From the IMG/VR virus record IMGVR_UViG_3300033067_000531: a DNA stretch of 64,000 nucleotides. The stretch is one strand, 5' to 3'. Shown here piece by piece: positions 23,439-33,379 of the stretch. Position numbers and translations under genes: made by a program. The stretch's first letter is position 1. Every line of letters begins with the position of its first letter. The stretch is from a virus (lineage: Duplodnaviria > Heunggongvirae > Uroviricota > Caudoviricetes). The notes under the pieces were generated by a model. It was not told where the DNA came from and did not search any database. It worked only from the letters and a program-made list of their open reading frames with translations.

Positions 23439-23960
23439 TTAAGGACGAATTGAGTAGTTTGGTCCATAATTGAACGCTGCAGGATCATTGAATTGACCAC
23501 GTTGGTAGTATTCGTTCTCTTTGCGCAGTTCTAGGACAATACTGTATGAACTTGTTGCGGTCATACCACGAGTTGCGACACCAATATCACCCAAAGAACC
23601 TGTCGTACCTTTTGTGTTATTTGGAATATTCAACCAGTTGTTCATATCATTGTATTGACCACTTCCGTGTAACAAGAAAATTGATTGCTTTGTCTCTGCA
23701 TTCCAGAATAATTCCACTTCAGCAGAAGAAGGGCAATCATACCACACACGACTAACTGTAAGACCATAGTAACCTAGTGGACCTGTGTTTGCTGTGGAAG
23801 AAAGCAGATTGGCCTTAGAACTATCCAAAGCACCATAAAGAGTGTTTGCCGCAATACGGGAAACATTATTTTCTTGTGTGGTATCAGTGAATTGTCCTGT
23901 CAATTTAATGACTGCATGTTCCGTAGTATCTTTAATTACCTGATATGTAAATGAACTCAT
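23439..23960 (-). CDS. Conserved virion-region hypothetical protein (gp68 position)
   Basis: Intact ORF with RBS between the gp67-like gene and gp21. Confidence 0.65.
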   Translation of the reverse strand: MSSFTYQVIKDTTEHAVIKLTGQFTDTTQENNVSRIAANTLYGALDSSKANLLSSTANTGPLGYYGLTVSRVWYDCPSSAEVELFWNAETKQSIFLLHGSGQYNDMNNWLNIPNNTKGTTGSLGDIGVATRGMTATSSYSIVLELRKENEYYQRGQFNDPAAFNYGPNYSIRP

Positions 23961-23972
23961 TTGTGTTCCTTA

Positions 23973-24170
23973 TTATTGAGCTGTAATTGCTTCGTCCTCA
24001 GCAGTTGCCATAGGGTCGTGCTGTTTAAACATATTCTGTGCAACTTCAATTTTCTTGTCCTCAATATGTGCCATTACACGATTCTGTAATTCGGCATAGA
24101 AAGCATCACGCATATCTTTTGCGTTATCTTGCTCAGCATAGTCTACGATTGTTCTTGTTGCGTCTGTCAT
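23973..24170 (-). CDS. Small prohead core protein (gp67-like by position)
   Basis: 65-aa acidic ORF downstream of portal, preceded by TATAAATA and a GGAG RBS. Confidence 0.65.
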   Translation of the reverse strand: MTDATRTIVDYAEQDNAKDMRDAFYAELQNRVMAHIEDKKIEVAQNMFKQHDPMATAEDEAITAQ

Positions 24171-24191
24171 TATTATCTCCTAATAAAATAT

Positions 24192-25952
24192 TTATAGTAA
24201 ACGTTTTAGTCTACTAAATGAGAAATCACCATCTTCAAGTTTCAAATCACCTTTTGGTTGCGAAGAAGGTTTCTTTTGTTGTTTATCTTTTGGTTTCGAT
24301 GAATCACCAGAATCTTTAGATGAAGCAGTTTGTTTTGCTTCTGTTTTGTCTAGACCGGCATCATTCATTGCTTGTGCTTGGGCAACTTGGTTCTCTGCAT
24401 CAACCTGTCCCATCATTTGTTGTTGTGCAACTTGTGTGGTAATTTCGGTTGGAAGACCCAGACCTAATGCCTTTTCTTCGTCAATTTCTTTATCCATCAA
24501 CTCAATGTCATCATCGTTCATACGTAGAACTTGACGTTGTACCCAACCACGAGAGTAGTATGCACCAACGTATGGGTCGATAGAAGCCAACAAAGTTAGA
24601 CGTTCTTTCATCAACTCAGCATCCTTCAACTCTGTGAAGTTGTTGTCTTTGATGAAGTCATAGTAGATGTGTTCTTTGAACAAATCCCATTCTTCTGCGG
24701 TACAGATACCTTTCAGTACCAATTGAACACGCATTGCATGGTCAAACACTTCTGAGAATTTGGAACGGATACGTTCGATGAATTTATTGAACTTCAATTC
24801 GTCACGTGTAACTTCAGCAACACGGCCGATAGAGAATCCTTGGTTAGGTTCTAACCTGGAGACTGGAACGTTCAACGCACCATATAGTTTCTTCTGGAAG
24901 TACTTAACGTCTTCCAACTCACCCAGGTTCTGTCCACCTGGTAGTGTGGTGATTTCTGTACCTTTGCCACCTTCTCGGCGAGGTAACCAGAAGTCTTCCA
25001 TCATGGACATAAACTTACGGTCGTCACGTACTTCACCTGTGTTGGCATCGTATACCAACTTGTTCTTGTACTTGACCATAATATCACGTAGGTATTGTTC
25101 CGCTTTCAACTTTGGTAAGTTACCAACGTCAATATAGAAAATACGGCGTTCTGGGGCACGAGAGATACGGTAGATAACCGTTGCATCTTCAATCATGCGT
25201 AATTGGTTTAATGGTTTGATGGCTTTGTGTAGATAAGACAAGACCACAGCCCTACGAGAATCCATAAGACCTGAAACCACAGAAACAATAGAATCAGTGG
25301 TAATCCGAACGCCAACAGGACCGTAGTTAGAAGAACTACCAGTGACAATCTTATCATTGTAGATATAATATTCATTCACAACCTTCATAATTTCTGCGCC
25401 AGTACGTTCGTCCTTTTGTTTCTTCATTTCACGGACTTTACGTAACTTGCGTGGGTCAATATAACGCAGTTCTTGGATACCTGCGGCTGGATTTTCACGG
25501 TCAACAATAACATGGTAGAACAAACGTCCATCCACATAATATCGACGGAAAATATCCTGTCCCATTCTCTTGTAATTCAACAAACGTAGAACGGTTTGGA
25601 ATTCTGTTTTAATTGCTTTCTTGATTTTGTCTGGTTGTTCTAGGTCATCCAGAATAATATCAATTGATTTACCGTCATCATCTTGACAAATGGCTTCATT
25701 AACTATGTCATCTATAGCCGATTCGATTTCTGGTTGCATTGCCATCTCACGATAACGTGAAATAAGTTCAACCTCGTTCTTGGCTGTACCATCCAAATCT
25801 ACGTATGTGCCATAGTAGGCCGCAGATGTAATAGTTAATGCGCCGTCTTCCTGCGAAGGTGGCGAAAAAGATTGTTGTACTGCCTGTTCTTCTTCATCCT
25901 TTTGACGGGAGATAGTAAAACCAAACAGAGAATATTTATTAGGTGTTGCCAT
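24192..25952 (-). CDS. gp20: Portal vertex protein
   Basis: YREMAMQPE..SAIDDIVNE, YVDGR.FYH, HKAIKPLNQLRMIEDA.VIYRISRAPERRIFYIDVGNLPK, EDFWLPRREGGKGTEI.TLPGG. Confidence 0.98.
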   Translation of the reverse strand: MATPNKYSLFGFTISRQKDEEEQAVQQSFSPPSQEDGALTITSAAYYGTYVDLDGTAKNEVELISRYREMAMQPEIESAIDDIVNEAICQDDDGKSIDIILDDLEQPDKIKKAIKTEFQTVLRLLNYKRMGQDIFRRYYVDGRLFYHVIVDRENPAAGIQELRYIDPRKLRKVREMKKQKDERTGAEIMKVVNEYYIYNDKIVTGSSSNYGPVGVRITTDSIVSVVSGLMDSRRAVVLSYLHKAIKPLNQLRMIEDATVIYRISRAPERRIFYIDVGNLPKLKAEQYLRDIMVKYKNKLVYDANTGEVRDDRKFMSMMEDFWLPRREGGKGTEITTLPGGQNLGELEDVKYFQKKLYGALNVPVSRLEPNQGFSIGRVAEVTRDELKFNKFIERIRSKFSEVFDHAMRVQLVLKGICTAEEWDLFKEHIYYDFIKDNNFTELKDAELMKERLTLLASIDPYVGAYYSRGWVQRQVLRMNDDDIELMDKEIDEEKALGLGLPTEITTQVAQQQMMGQVDAENQVAQAQAMNDAGLDKTEAKQTASSKDSGDSSKPKDKQQKKPSSQPKGDLKLEDGDFSFSRLKRLL

Positions 25953-25989
25953 ATTTTTTAAAATCCAATAACGAAATCAAAAGTACATA

Positions 25990-26007
25990 GGGAGGCCGAA
26001 GCCTCCC
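25990..26007 (-). terminator. Terminator hairpin after gp19
   Basis: Minus strand GGGAGGC-TTCG-GCCTCCC. Confidence 0.75.
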
Positions 26008-26017
26008 ATATTTAATA

Positions 26018-26560
26018 TCAAGTAGTTGTGGTTGTTTCCCAGTATTGGTATCCAAATGTTACAGAGAATTCTTCAATTGTATCATTTGAGTCCCAAGCCA
26101 AGTCAATTGTAGACACATCTTGTGGCCACATACCAACAAACTTGTAACGCTTCAATTCATTACCAGCTTTACCGTATTGGATGACTTCTGCATCAACGGA
26201 ATAGTTGGATGGATTAACTGCGCCTGAGTTGCGGACGTTACTTGCGTGACTGTTAATTGTATTCATCCATTCTTCGATTGCATTTCTAATCAAGAAATCT
26301 TCATCGTTGATGATTGTAATTGTCCAATCTGCAAATGTACGGTTACCCGGAAATTTCAGTTCACGACCAAAGTATGGTACTGTTACTGAACCGATTGTAG
26401 AACCTGGAAGTTGTGCTGCTTTGGCCATGAAAGTTGTTTTCTGACCAGCAACAACAGCACCGTTTACCAAGTTAGGAAATGTTAGAGAGACAGCAAACAG
26501 GTTAGGACGTGCACCGTCACCAACCATATTTGCTCTAAATTCTGCTACATTAAATGCCAT
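26018..26560 (-). CDS. gp19: Tail tube protein
   Basis: GARPNLF.V, FMAKAAQLPGST.G, GR..KFPG.RTFADWTITI.NDEDF..R, IEEF.VTF.YQYW. Confidence 0.96.
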   Translation of the reverse strand: MAFNVAEFRANMVGDGARPNLFAVSLTFPNLVNGAVVAGQKTTFMAKAAQLPGSTIGSVTVPYFGRELKFPGNRTFADWTITIINDEDFLIRNAIEEWMNTINSHASNVRNSGAVNPSNYSVDAEVIQYGKAGNELKRYKFVGMWPQDVSTIDLAWDSNDTIEEFSVTFGYQYWETTTTT

Positions 26561-26587
26561 TGTTATCTCCTGTTATGTGTTTATTTA

Positions 26588-28270
26588 TTAGGCTGCACCA
26601 ACGATAGTAGTGAAGTCTACACCAGTACCAACAGCAACAAAGTTCAACTGAATGAAGTTGATAGAACGTGTTGGTTTGATATAAATGTCACCAACAAAAC
26701 GGTTTGTATCAATTACACCAGGAGTATTGTTTGTTGTGTCGCAAACAACTTTAAAGTCTGTGATACCACGACGACCTTGTACATCACGTAGGAAAGGAGT
26801 AATTGTTGCAATGAACTGAGCACGTGTGATTTCATCGTTTTGTTCAAACAATGAGAACTTAGCAGCAGTAGAGATTGCCTTTTCCAATGCAATAAACAAA
26901 CGGCGAACGTTGATACGGTCAAACGCAGATGGTCTGGAAGTCAATGTCTTGTCACCAAACAACACAATACCTTGTCCTGGGAACGACAACACAGGGTTAA
27001 CACCAATCATATACAGTGTGTTACGTTGTGTTTGGTTTGGATTCCAAGACATTTTGATTGCGTTCTTAATCTGTCCGCGTGTGTAACCAGCTGGAGAGTA
27101 CCAAGGATCAGATACGTTGTCTGTGTTAACACATAGACCAGCGATATCACCGTTCAATGGAACCCAACGGTATTTGTTGTTGTATTTGTCGTATTGGTAT
27201 TTCCAACCAGAGTCCGCAAATGCATATGTGGAAGTTGTACCAACATCAAACAACCAGCTAACGATGTTGTCATATTCACTACCATTTTGGTTCACAACAT
27301 CAGAATATTGTGGAGAAATGAAAGCCACACAGTCACCACGTGGTTGTGCGATAGATGTGATAATATGATTCTGAACGTTTGCTGTTGCATCACCAGTCAA
27401 AATCAAAGAGATATCAACCTGTTCTTTGTTTTGGAAGTAATCAAAACCATTTTGAATATCTGCTTCTGTTGGTGTAGTATCAACACCACTTGCCAAAACC
27501 ACTGTCTGAATGTCAGTCAATGTTGCGAAAGCAGTTGTCAATGGACCACCCCAAGTGGATGATTGTGATACGTAATCAACTGGGTCGATAGCGTAGATAT
27601 ATTTTGAGTTATTGAAAATTACATTCTTGTAATAGTTGGAAACTCCGTTGATTGTGGCATTAGATGCCTTAGAAACAAAAGCGAAAGTTTCTAGAACTGT
27701 ACCACGTGTACCTGTGAACGCACCGTTACGGTCGATAACTGCAATATGCATTTCATCGTTACCACCACCAGCAGCTGTACACTGTTCAGAAGTACCTGGA
27801 ACGTCATTGAAATATGCTCTGTATGTCCATGTTAAGAAGTCGTCTGTGTTATCACAAACGGAAACCGACAAAGAATTACCTAGTGTACCTGGATAACGTG
27901 CAATGAAAGCACCGTATGTACCGTTGTTGTTCTGGTTTAGATAAGATGCTTGGAACACATCACTGTTTTTCACCAACAATGCTGTACCACCTGTCGCATT
28001 TTTTGCACTTGAACCCACAACTCGAACAACATTCAAGTTGTTTCCGTATGCTAAAAAGTTTGCTGCTGTCAGAAATGAAATTGCTGATGCTTCTGTTGGT
28101 TTGCCAAAACGATTTACTAAGTCTACTTCGCTTGAAATTTGTGTAATTTTTTCTACTGGACCCCAATTAAAGTAACCAGCGAACGCACCGGCAGTGGTGG
28201 ATACAGAAGGAACAACAGTTGTTTGATCCACTTCTGATACACTAACGCCTGGAGATAGTTGAAACGCCAT
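26588..28270 (-). CDS. gp18: Tail sheath protein
   Basis: LSPGV.V.EVD.T, F.WGP, W.SPAG..RG.IKN, G..LFGDKT, FDRINVRRLF, IKP.RSINFI.LNFVA. Confidence 0.97.
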   Translation of the reverse strand: MAFQLSPGVSVSEVDQTTVVPSVSTTAGAFAGYFNWGPVEKITQISSEVDLVNRFGKPTEASAISFLTAANFLAYGNNLNVVRVVGSSAKNATGGTALLVKNSDVFQASYLNQNNNGTYGAFIARYPGTLGNSLSVSVCDNTDDFLTWTYRAYFNDVPGTSEQCTAAGGGNDEMHIAVIDRNGAFTGTRGTVLETFAFVSKASNATINGVSNYYKNVIFNNSKYIYAIDPVDYVSQSSTWGGPLTTAFATLTDIQTVVLASGVDTTPTEADIQNGFDYFQNKEQVDISLILTGDATANVQNHIITSIAQPRGDCVAFISPQYSDVVNQNGSEYDNIVSWLFDVGTTSTYAFADSGWKYQYDKYNNKYRWVPLNGDIAGLCVNTDNVSDPWYSPAGYTRGQIKNAIKMSWNPNQTQRNTLYMIGVNPVLSFPGQGIVLFGDKTLTSRPSAFDRINVRRLFIALEKAISTAAKFSLFEQNDEITRAQFIATITPFLRDVQGRRGITDFKVVCDTTNNTPGVIDTNRFVGDIYIKPTRSINFIQLNFVAVGTGVDFTTIVGAA

Positions 28271-28342
28271 TTGTTTTCTCCTTGATATTATTATGTTTCT
28301 TGGTAGTAAAATACCATATGAGATATTTATGTAAGGCTGGTT

Positions 28343-30031
28343 TTACAACCTACCAAGTCTGTCTTGTATGAAAGATGCATAGGTTTCACCACCATTTGCA
28401 ACTTCCCACATGTCGCCACCAACCATCTCAAACCCGTGGTCTAAACCATCATCAATAATTGGTTCTGGTAACATATTCTCATCCATTTGGTTCATGTTTT
28501 CCAACTGGATTTGTTTACGTATGTCGTGGTTAACGATTTCTTTGAAGTATTGTTGGGTAGTTGCCCAAGCAAAAACAACCAAAGACATTACCAAGTCATC
28601 ATTTGCACCTTCGGCAGCTTTGAATGAGTTGTTTTTCTGTTCAAAGGTAGTTAATTCTGAGTAAGTATCAAAGTCTACAATCTCCAACTTATCACCTTCA
28701 ATCAAGGTCTTCAGGTTGGAACAACCAATTGCCTTAACTTGAGGTGACATTTTCAGACCCATCTGTATACCACGTGCAAAACCTGCACTCAGTTGTTGTG
28801 GTTTCTTATTGCCTGTGAAGATTTTCCATAGGTTCTCATATTCAAAATCGGTATGTAAAGAGTCGGCAACCTGTGGATTGTTGTTAATTTCAACCAAAAC
28901 ATATGCATCATTATACATTCTTGCCGCATTATAAATGACGGTTGGAAATAGAATAGGTGAGATGGACGAACTTGCGTATGATGCCACCTGTCGATATGGT
29001 GTGGTGGAGATATCAATAATTTGAAACGCCGAACTGTCCAGGTTCTTACCTTCTGATACGTCAACTGTGATACAATACAAGTGGTCTGTTTTATCACCAA
29101 CTTCTTGTTTCTTAGGCATCTCATATATCTTCAACATATCATGTTGTGCCATCGGATCACGGTATGCAATTTGTTGCAGTTTATAACCAGATACCAGAGT
29201 GTTGGAAGAACCTAAGAACTCAGTTTCAAATTCTTGTCTGAACTGACGTTCACTTGTGTTACGTATGGTTTCTTCTTTCCAAGCTTGGTCACGACCTGGT
29301 ACCATAGACCAGTGAATTTCAAAGTTCTTGTAACCGTTCTTATTGTTGATAGAATCCATCCACAACTTGTAAAACAGGTTCATACCGTTTGGTGTTGAAA
29401 CGATAATAATCTTGGATGTTTTACCAGATGAGATAACGGGATATACAGAGTTAAAGAATTCTTCAGCGATGTTGTTTGGAACGAACGCAAATTCATCTAA
29501 GAATACGCAGTTGAAAGAACCACCACGAACCGCAGAACTGGAAGTAGATGCTGCAATAATCTTAGAACCGTTCTCCAGTTCAACGTTACCCTTGTTCCAA
29601 GTTACAACACCTTGTTGCAGCCACATAGGTAAGTTTTCATATGCCAACTGGTACTTAGCCAAAATATCACGTGCCAAAGAACCCTTGTTAGCCAGAACGG
29701 CCACGTTTTGTGTGTCTTGAAAGATGGTTAACCAAAGAAGATATGCAACTGATGTGGTAGTTTTACCAACCTGACGAGGACATTTTGTGATTGAGAAACG
29801 GTTTTCGTGGTAGTTCTTAATCATCTTCTTTTGGAAGTCCCACATCTTAAACTTCATCAAACCAACGTCAACGTTAACGATGGTGATATAGTTTTCAGCA
29901 AAGTAAATGGGATCCTTAGAACACTTGATGTATTCATCAATCTGTTCTTGTGTATATTCTACCTTGACACCAACCTTTTTAAGTAAGGGGTTGTCCCGGT
30001 AACTGTCTTTATCATCTAATTTGGTACTCAT
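28343..30031 (-). CDS. gp17: Terminase large subunit
   Basis: KCSKDPIYFAENY, PRQVGKTT Walker A, FLDEFAF, STPNG, DDLVM. Confidence 0.97.
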   Translation of the reverse strand: MSTKLDDKDSYRDNPLLKKVGVKVEYTQEQIDEYIKCSKDPIYFAENYITIVNVDVGLMKFKMWDFQKKMIKNYHENRFSITKCPRQVGKTTTSVAYLLWLTIFQDTQNVAVLANKGSLARDILAKYQLAYENLPMWLQQGVVTWNKGNVELENGSKIIAASTSSSAVRGGSFNCVFLDEFAFVPNNIAEEFFNSVYPVISSGKTSKIIIVSTPNGMNLFYKLWMDSINNKNGYKNFEIHWSMVPGRDQAWKEETIRNTSERQFRQEFETEFLGSSNTLVSGYKLQQIAYRDPMAQHDMLKIYEMPKKQEVGDKTDHLYCITVDVSEGKNLDSSAFQIIDISTTPYRQVASYASSSISPILFPTVIYNAARMYNDAYVLVEINNNPQVADSLHTDFEYENLWKIFTGNKKPQQLSAGFARGIQMGLKMSPQVKAIGCSNLKTLIEGDKLEIVDFDTYSELTTFEQKNNSFKAAEGANDDLVMSLVVFAWATTQQYFKEIVNHDIRKQIQLENMNQMDENMLPEPIIDDGLDHGFEMVGGDMWEVANGGETYASFIQDRLGRL

Positions 30032-30453
30032 TGTTTACCTTTGAGTAACTTACTCAATTCATCCGTTGAACCAATGAAAACAGCCTTGTCAATCTTGGTG
30101 TCACCGGACTCTTTCTTGGCACCGGTGATATCACGAACCTTTTTCTGGTTGTCCATTAACTTGTCATTGAGGTCACCAACGTTTTTCAGTAACGTGGCAA
30201 ACACTTCAAACGCACGTGGGTGTTGACCTGCTTTGGCAATTTGTAGAATTTCTTCCAAACCGTCTTTACCCACATCAATCAAGTCTTGTAGGTTACTCTT
30301 GGTTTGGTCATAGGCATCACCTAAGTCTTGCTTAAGGTCAACGCCGTCCAAAGGTGTAGGACTTTCGTTGGAAGTTTTTACCAACGGTTGAGGTTTATTC
30401 TCAACCGGTGTCACATCAAAAATCTTTTCCATATTCTTATCAAAATCACTCAT
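30028..30453 (-). CDS. gp16: Terminase small subunit
   Basis: HPRAFEV.A.L.K, C-terminal VFIGST.EL.K.LK; ATGA overlap with gp17. Confidence 0.92.
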   Translation of the reverse strand: MSDFDKNMEKIFDVTPVENKPQPLVKTSNESPTPLDGVDLKQDLGDAYDQTKSNLQDLIDVGKDGLEEILQIAKAGQHPRAFEVFATLLKNVGDLNDKLMDNQKKVRDITGAKKESGDTKIDKAVFIGSTDELSKLLKGKQ

Positions 30454-30459
30454 ATTTTA

Positions 30460-31464
30460 TTACCAGGTATCGGTACTCCATAAAACACGTTTCCAAATAT
30501 CATCGTTGCCATCAGTGTAGTCCGTTGTGCAATAGAATAGATATGCAGCATCCGCAGCAATATCATTAGTTAGGTCACCTAATTGACCCTTACTTGTTAC
30601 GGGTGCAGACACAAATTGCAGTCTTGAGTTGGCTTCATTAAATGCGGACTGTGCCAAGTTGTTTGATGTATTGGCTTGATTGAATGCTGCGTTCGCAAGT
30701 ATATTTGTGGTGTTCGCTTGTCCATATGCGCTGTTGGCATATGATCCTGCATTATTAGCCTTGTCGTATGCTGACAATGGCCATGCACCAACTTGAACCG
30801 AACCGTCTGGGAACACTAGATTACCATTTGCACCGAAAGTCCAACCATGTACAGTTTCATTGAAACCGTCAATTTCTCTGGTGTTTATGATTAGGTGTTT
30901 ATCTTGTTGTGTGGTGATAAGCAAAGCGTCATCAAAATCATAGATTGATGCATTATTGAATTGTAGTTGGTTATCTTTCAAATCAAGATTGCCACCCAAT
31001 ACACCACCGGTTTGTACGTTCAATGAATTGTTTGATAAGGTGTATGCAACATTTGCTTTATCAAAAGATAGGTTTGCGGTAACATACGCATTTGATGCAA
31101 CTGTTGAACCCGTATTTGCTTGAGTGAAAGCACCATTTGCATAATCGCCAGAATTGTTGGCCTTGGCAAAACCTGCAGCAGCCAAAGAACTGACACCTGT
31201 GATATCTGTATTCTGTGACGAATTGATTGCCGCAATAAACTGAACGTTTGATAACAATTCTTGAGTAATTAAAGATACACTTGCGTTTGCATATGCGTAT
31301 GCAGAGTTTGCCAAATCATAACCAGAATTGGCCTTATTGAAAGATGCTTGCGCAGAATCATAAACTTCTGTAAAGTTTGCATTGATTTTAATCGCAGCAC
31401 CTCTAAGTGTATCACCTGTTCCATCGTTTGCTGTGTTGCCAGTATTGATAACTTGTTTTGACAT
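30460..31464 (-). CDS. Fibre-like structural protein with gp9/gp10-type N-terminal motif
   Basis: INTG..ANDGTGDTLR....KIN.NF.E.Y N-terminus; Ala/Asn heptad stalk; C-terminal D..YL.YC.......W.RV..S..W motif. Confidence 0.7.
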   Translation of the reverse strand: MSKQVINTGNTANDGTGDTLRGAAIKINANFTEVYDSAQASFNKANSGYDLANSAYAYANASVSLITQELLSNVQFIAAINSSQNTDITGVSSLAAAGFAKANNSGDYANGAFTQANTGSTVASNAYVTANLSFDKANVAYTLSNNSLNVQTGGVLGGNLDLKDNQLQFNNASIYDFDDALLITTQQDKHLIINTREIDGFNETVHGWTFGANGNLVFPDGSVQVGAWPLSAYDKANNAGSYANSAYGQANTTNILANAAFNQANTSNNLAQSAFNEANSRLQFVSAPVTSKGQLGDLTNDIAADAAYLFYCTTDYTDGNDDIWKRVLWSTDTW

Positions 31465-31465
31465 A

Positions 31466-32497
31466 TTACTTACTTTCTGTTATTGTTGTACCTGGAGTGT
31501 TAACTTTATCCATTGTTGTGCTTGTATTGCCACTATCCATTGTAAACTCTGTGTCATCTATTTTAATTACTGGTTCCACAGCAGCATAAGAATCAATCTG
31601 TGCATACTTAAATGGAGTTACATTATATGATGAGAATAGGTAATTAGAACTTGTGGTATAACCGTAGATTGGTTGTGTGGAGATAAAGTTTCCTGCAATC
31701 TCTTTCAACTTCAATTTCTTATTGGTCCATTCAACTACTCTGGCAGAAGCTGTGGCATTCTGTAACGAATAACCTTGGTAAACAAATTCGCCTTGTTGAT
31801 AATCACCAACACCACTGGTTGGAACCATAGTAAATTCAACTACATCTTCTTCTGTAATCTTTTCCAATATATTGGTGATTGAGTGTGTGATGAGTTTAGT
31901 GGTTGAAACTGGACCAAATAGGTTGGCTTTTACTGTGAAATTAAGTGTCCAGATAATTGTTCTTGTGTCACTACTTCTATCTCCTTCGTAGGTAACTTCT
32001 TGTTCTACGTTATTCAATATCACAGGAACTTCTTTGATGATACCCATTTCAGGAATCATATTCAATTTGATGGTATAATCCGGTGTAAAGTAAGGAATAA
32101 TATGTTCGATTACTTGTGTACCATCTTCAATGTTGCGTACATAAAGATATAGATTAAAATCCAAATCATAGGGAACAGGGTTGTATTGTCCTACAACACC
32201 ATTGGCACCTTGATGGAAATTCTTTACGTTTGTGTTTTGTTTTCTGGAAGAATCATATCTTAGGCCTGTCATCTCAAAAGATAAACGAGGCAAAGTTAAT
32301 TGTACTTTTTTATCTAAGTTGTAGTCTGCTTCCAGTCTTTGTACATAGTGTTCTTTAGATGCATACGCAATAGGAACAAGAAAACGTTCGGCCTCAGATT
32401 GGTCTGGATTGTATCTGACCATGGTAATCTCATTGAATAGATTACCAAAACCAACCACAATTTTACGAATGATACGATTATATTGTATTGTTGCCAT
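31466..32497 (-). CDS. gp15: Tail sheath stabilizer / tail terminator
   Basis: FGNLFN.I, VPI.YA.KE, TLPRLSFEMT...YD..RK, EQI.PYF.P.Y, WTLNFT.K; carries a C-terminal extension. Confidence 0.93.
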   Translation of the reverse strand: MATIQYNRIIRKIVVGFGNLFNEITMVRYNPDQSEAERFLVPIAYASKEHYVQRLEADYNLDKKVQLTLPRLSFEMTGLRYDSSRKQNTNVKNFHQGANGVVGQYNPVPYDLDFNLYLYVRNIEDGTQVIEHIIPYFTPDYTIKLNMIPEMGIIKEVPVILNNVEQEVTYEGDRSSDTRTIIWTLNFTVKANLFGPVSTTKLITHSITNILEKITEEDVVEFTMVPTSGVGDYQQGEFVYQGYSLQNATASARVVEWTNKKLKLKEIAGNFISTQPIYGYTTSSNYLFSSYNVTPFKYAQIDSYAAVEPVIKIDDTEFTMDSGNTSTTMDKVNTPGTTITESK

Positions 32498-33378
32498 TAT
32501 AGACTTCCGAATGGGTTGGTTTCACTGAAATCAATGATTGAGTTGGCCTGTTGTTCGATATACAGGTTGTCATACTTCTCGTTATGTAGATTTACATCCA
32601 ACGGATCAAATGTTGTTAGTGTGAATTCTGCATTACTTGTTGAACCAATAATTGGATACAAGTCACTAAACTCACCTGCAATATTGGTAACAGATAATGT
32701 ATTTGATGTTGAATCCCAATTCGATACTGATGCCACAGTAACTGCATTGGCCTGTGTGTCGTCTGGTGATTGGAACACAATCTCTTTATATAGATAATCT
32801 CCTGTACCACTTGCCAATTCAAGGTCGATGGTATAGGCTGAGTTGTCAACCACAATATCAATTTCTGGTACACCAGTGTTGATAACTTCTTGTGAATATT
32901 TGAATTTCTCCATTTCCAATTCATAGAAATATGGCACTTTACGTCCTAGTGTGAAGAAATCTTTGGTTTGATTGACGAATTTAATCTCAAACAATTCACC
33001 TGTACCGTTTAAGAATGGTACATAGATTAAGTCACCTTCACGTGGACGAGTGAATGTGTTTTGTGGTACTCGTTGTGAGAAGGTACGTTTAGAAACAATA
33101 ACGTTGACGTTGTTCTTAATTTCCAAACCGAATTTGGAGAAGAATTCTTTTTCACCCATGTATTCCAATGAAGAAGAAAGGTAGAATTCCACAGGGAACG
33201 CAGACTGAAACTTCTTAACCGGATCTTCACCGTATAACAAGTCTCTGGCTTGGTCGTTATCATTAGGCAAATACATGCCATCAAAACCCATAATTTTAAT
33301 GGATTCTACGATTAAATCTTCTACAACTCTTTGTTCATGTATAGCGTTGTAACTATTGAAATACTGTGATGTTGCCAT
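32497..33378 (-). CDS. gp14: Neck protein
   Basis: EQ.VVEDL..ESIK..G, FSKFGLE, RP.EGDLIY.P, LFEIKFV, C-terminal DFSETNPFG. Confidence 0.94.
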   Translation of the reverse strand: MATSQYFNSYNAIHEQRVVEDLIVESIKIMGFDGMYLPNDNDQARDLLYGEDPVKKFQSAFPVEFYLSSSLEYMGEKEFFSKFGLEIKNNVNVIVSKRTFSQRVPQNTFTRPREGDLIYVPFLNGTGELFEIKFVNQTKDFFTLGRKVPYFYELEMEKFKYSQEVINTGVPEIDIVVDNSAYTIDLELASGTGDYLYKEIVFQSPDDTQANAVTVASVSNWDSTSNTLSVTNIAGEFSDLYPIIGSTSNAEFTLTTFDPLDVNLHNEKYDNLYIEQQANSIIDFSETNPFGSL

Positions 33379-33379
33379 A

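Noticed and set aside
13370-30031. Introns or inteins in gp46, gp47, uvsW, gp20, gp17
   Set aside because: All are uninterrupted and of expected length, with no intein C/S...HN motifs or intervening endonuclease ORFs.
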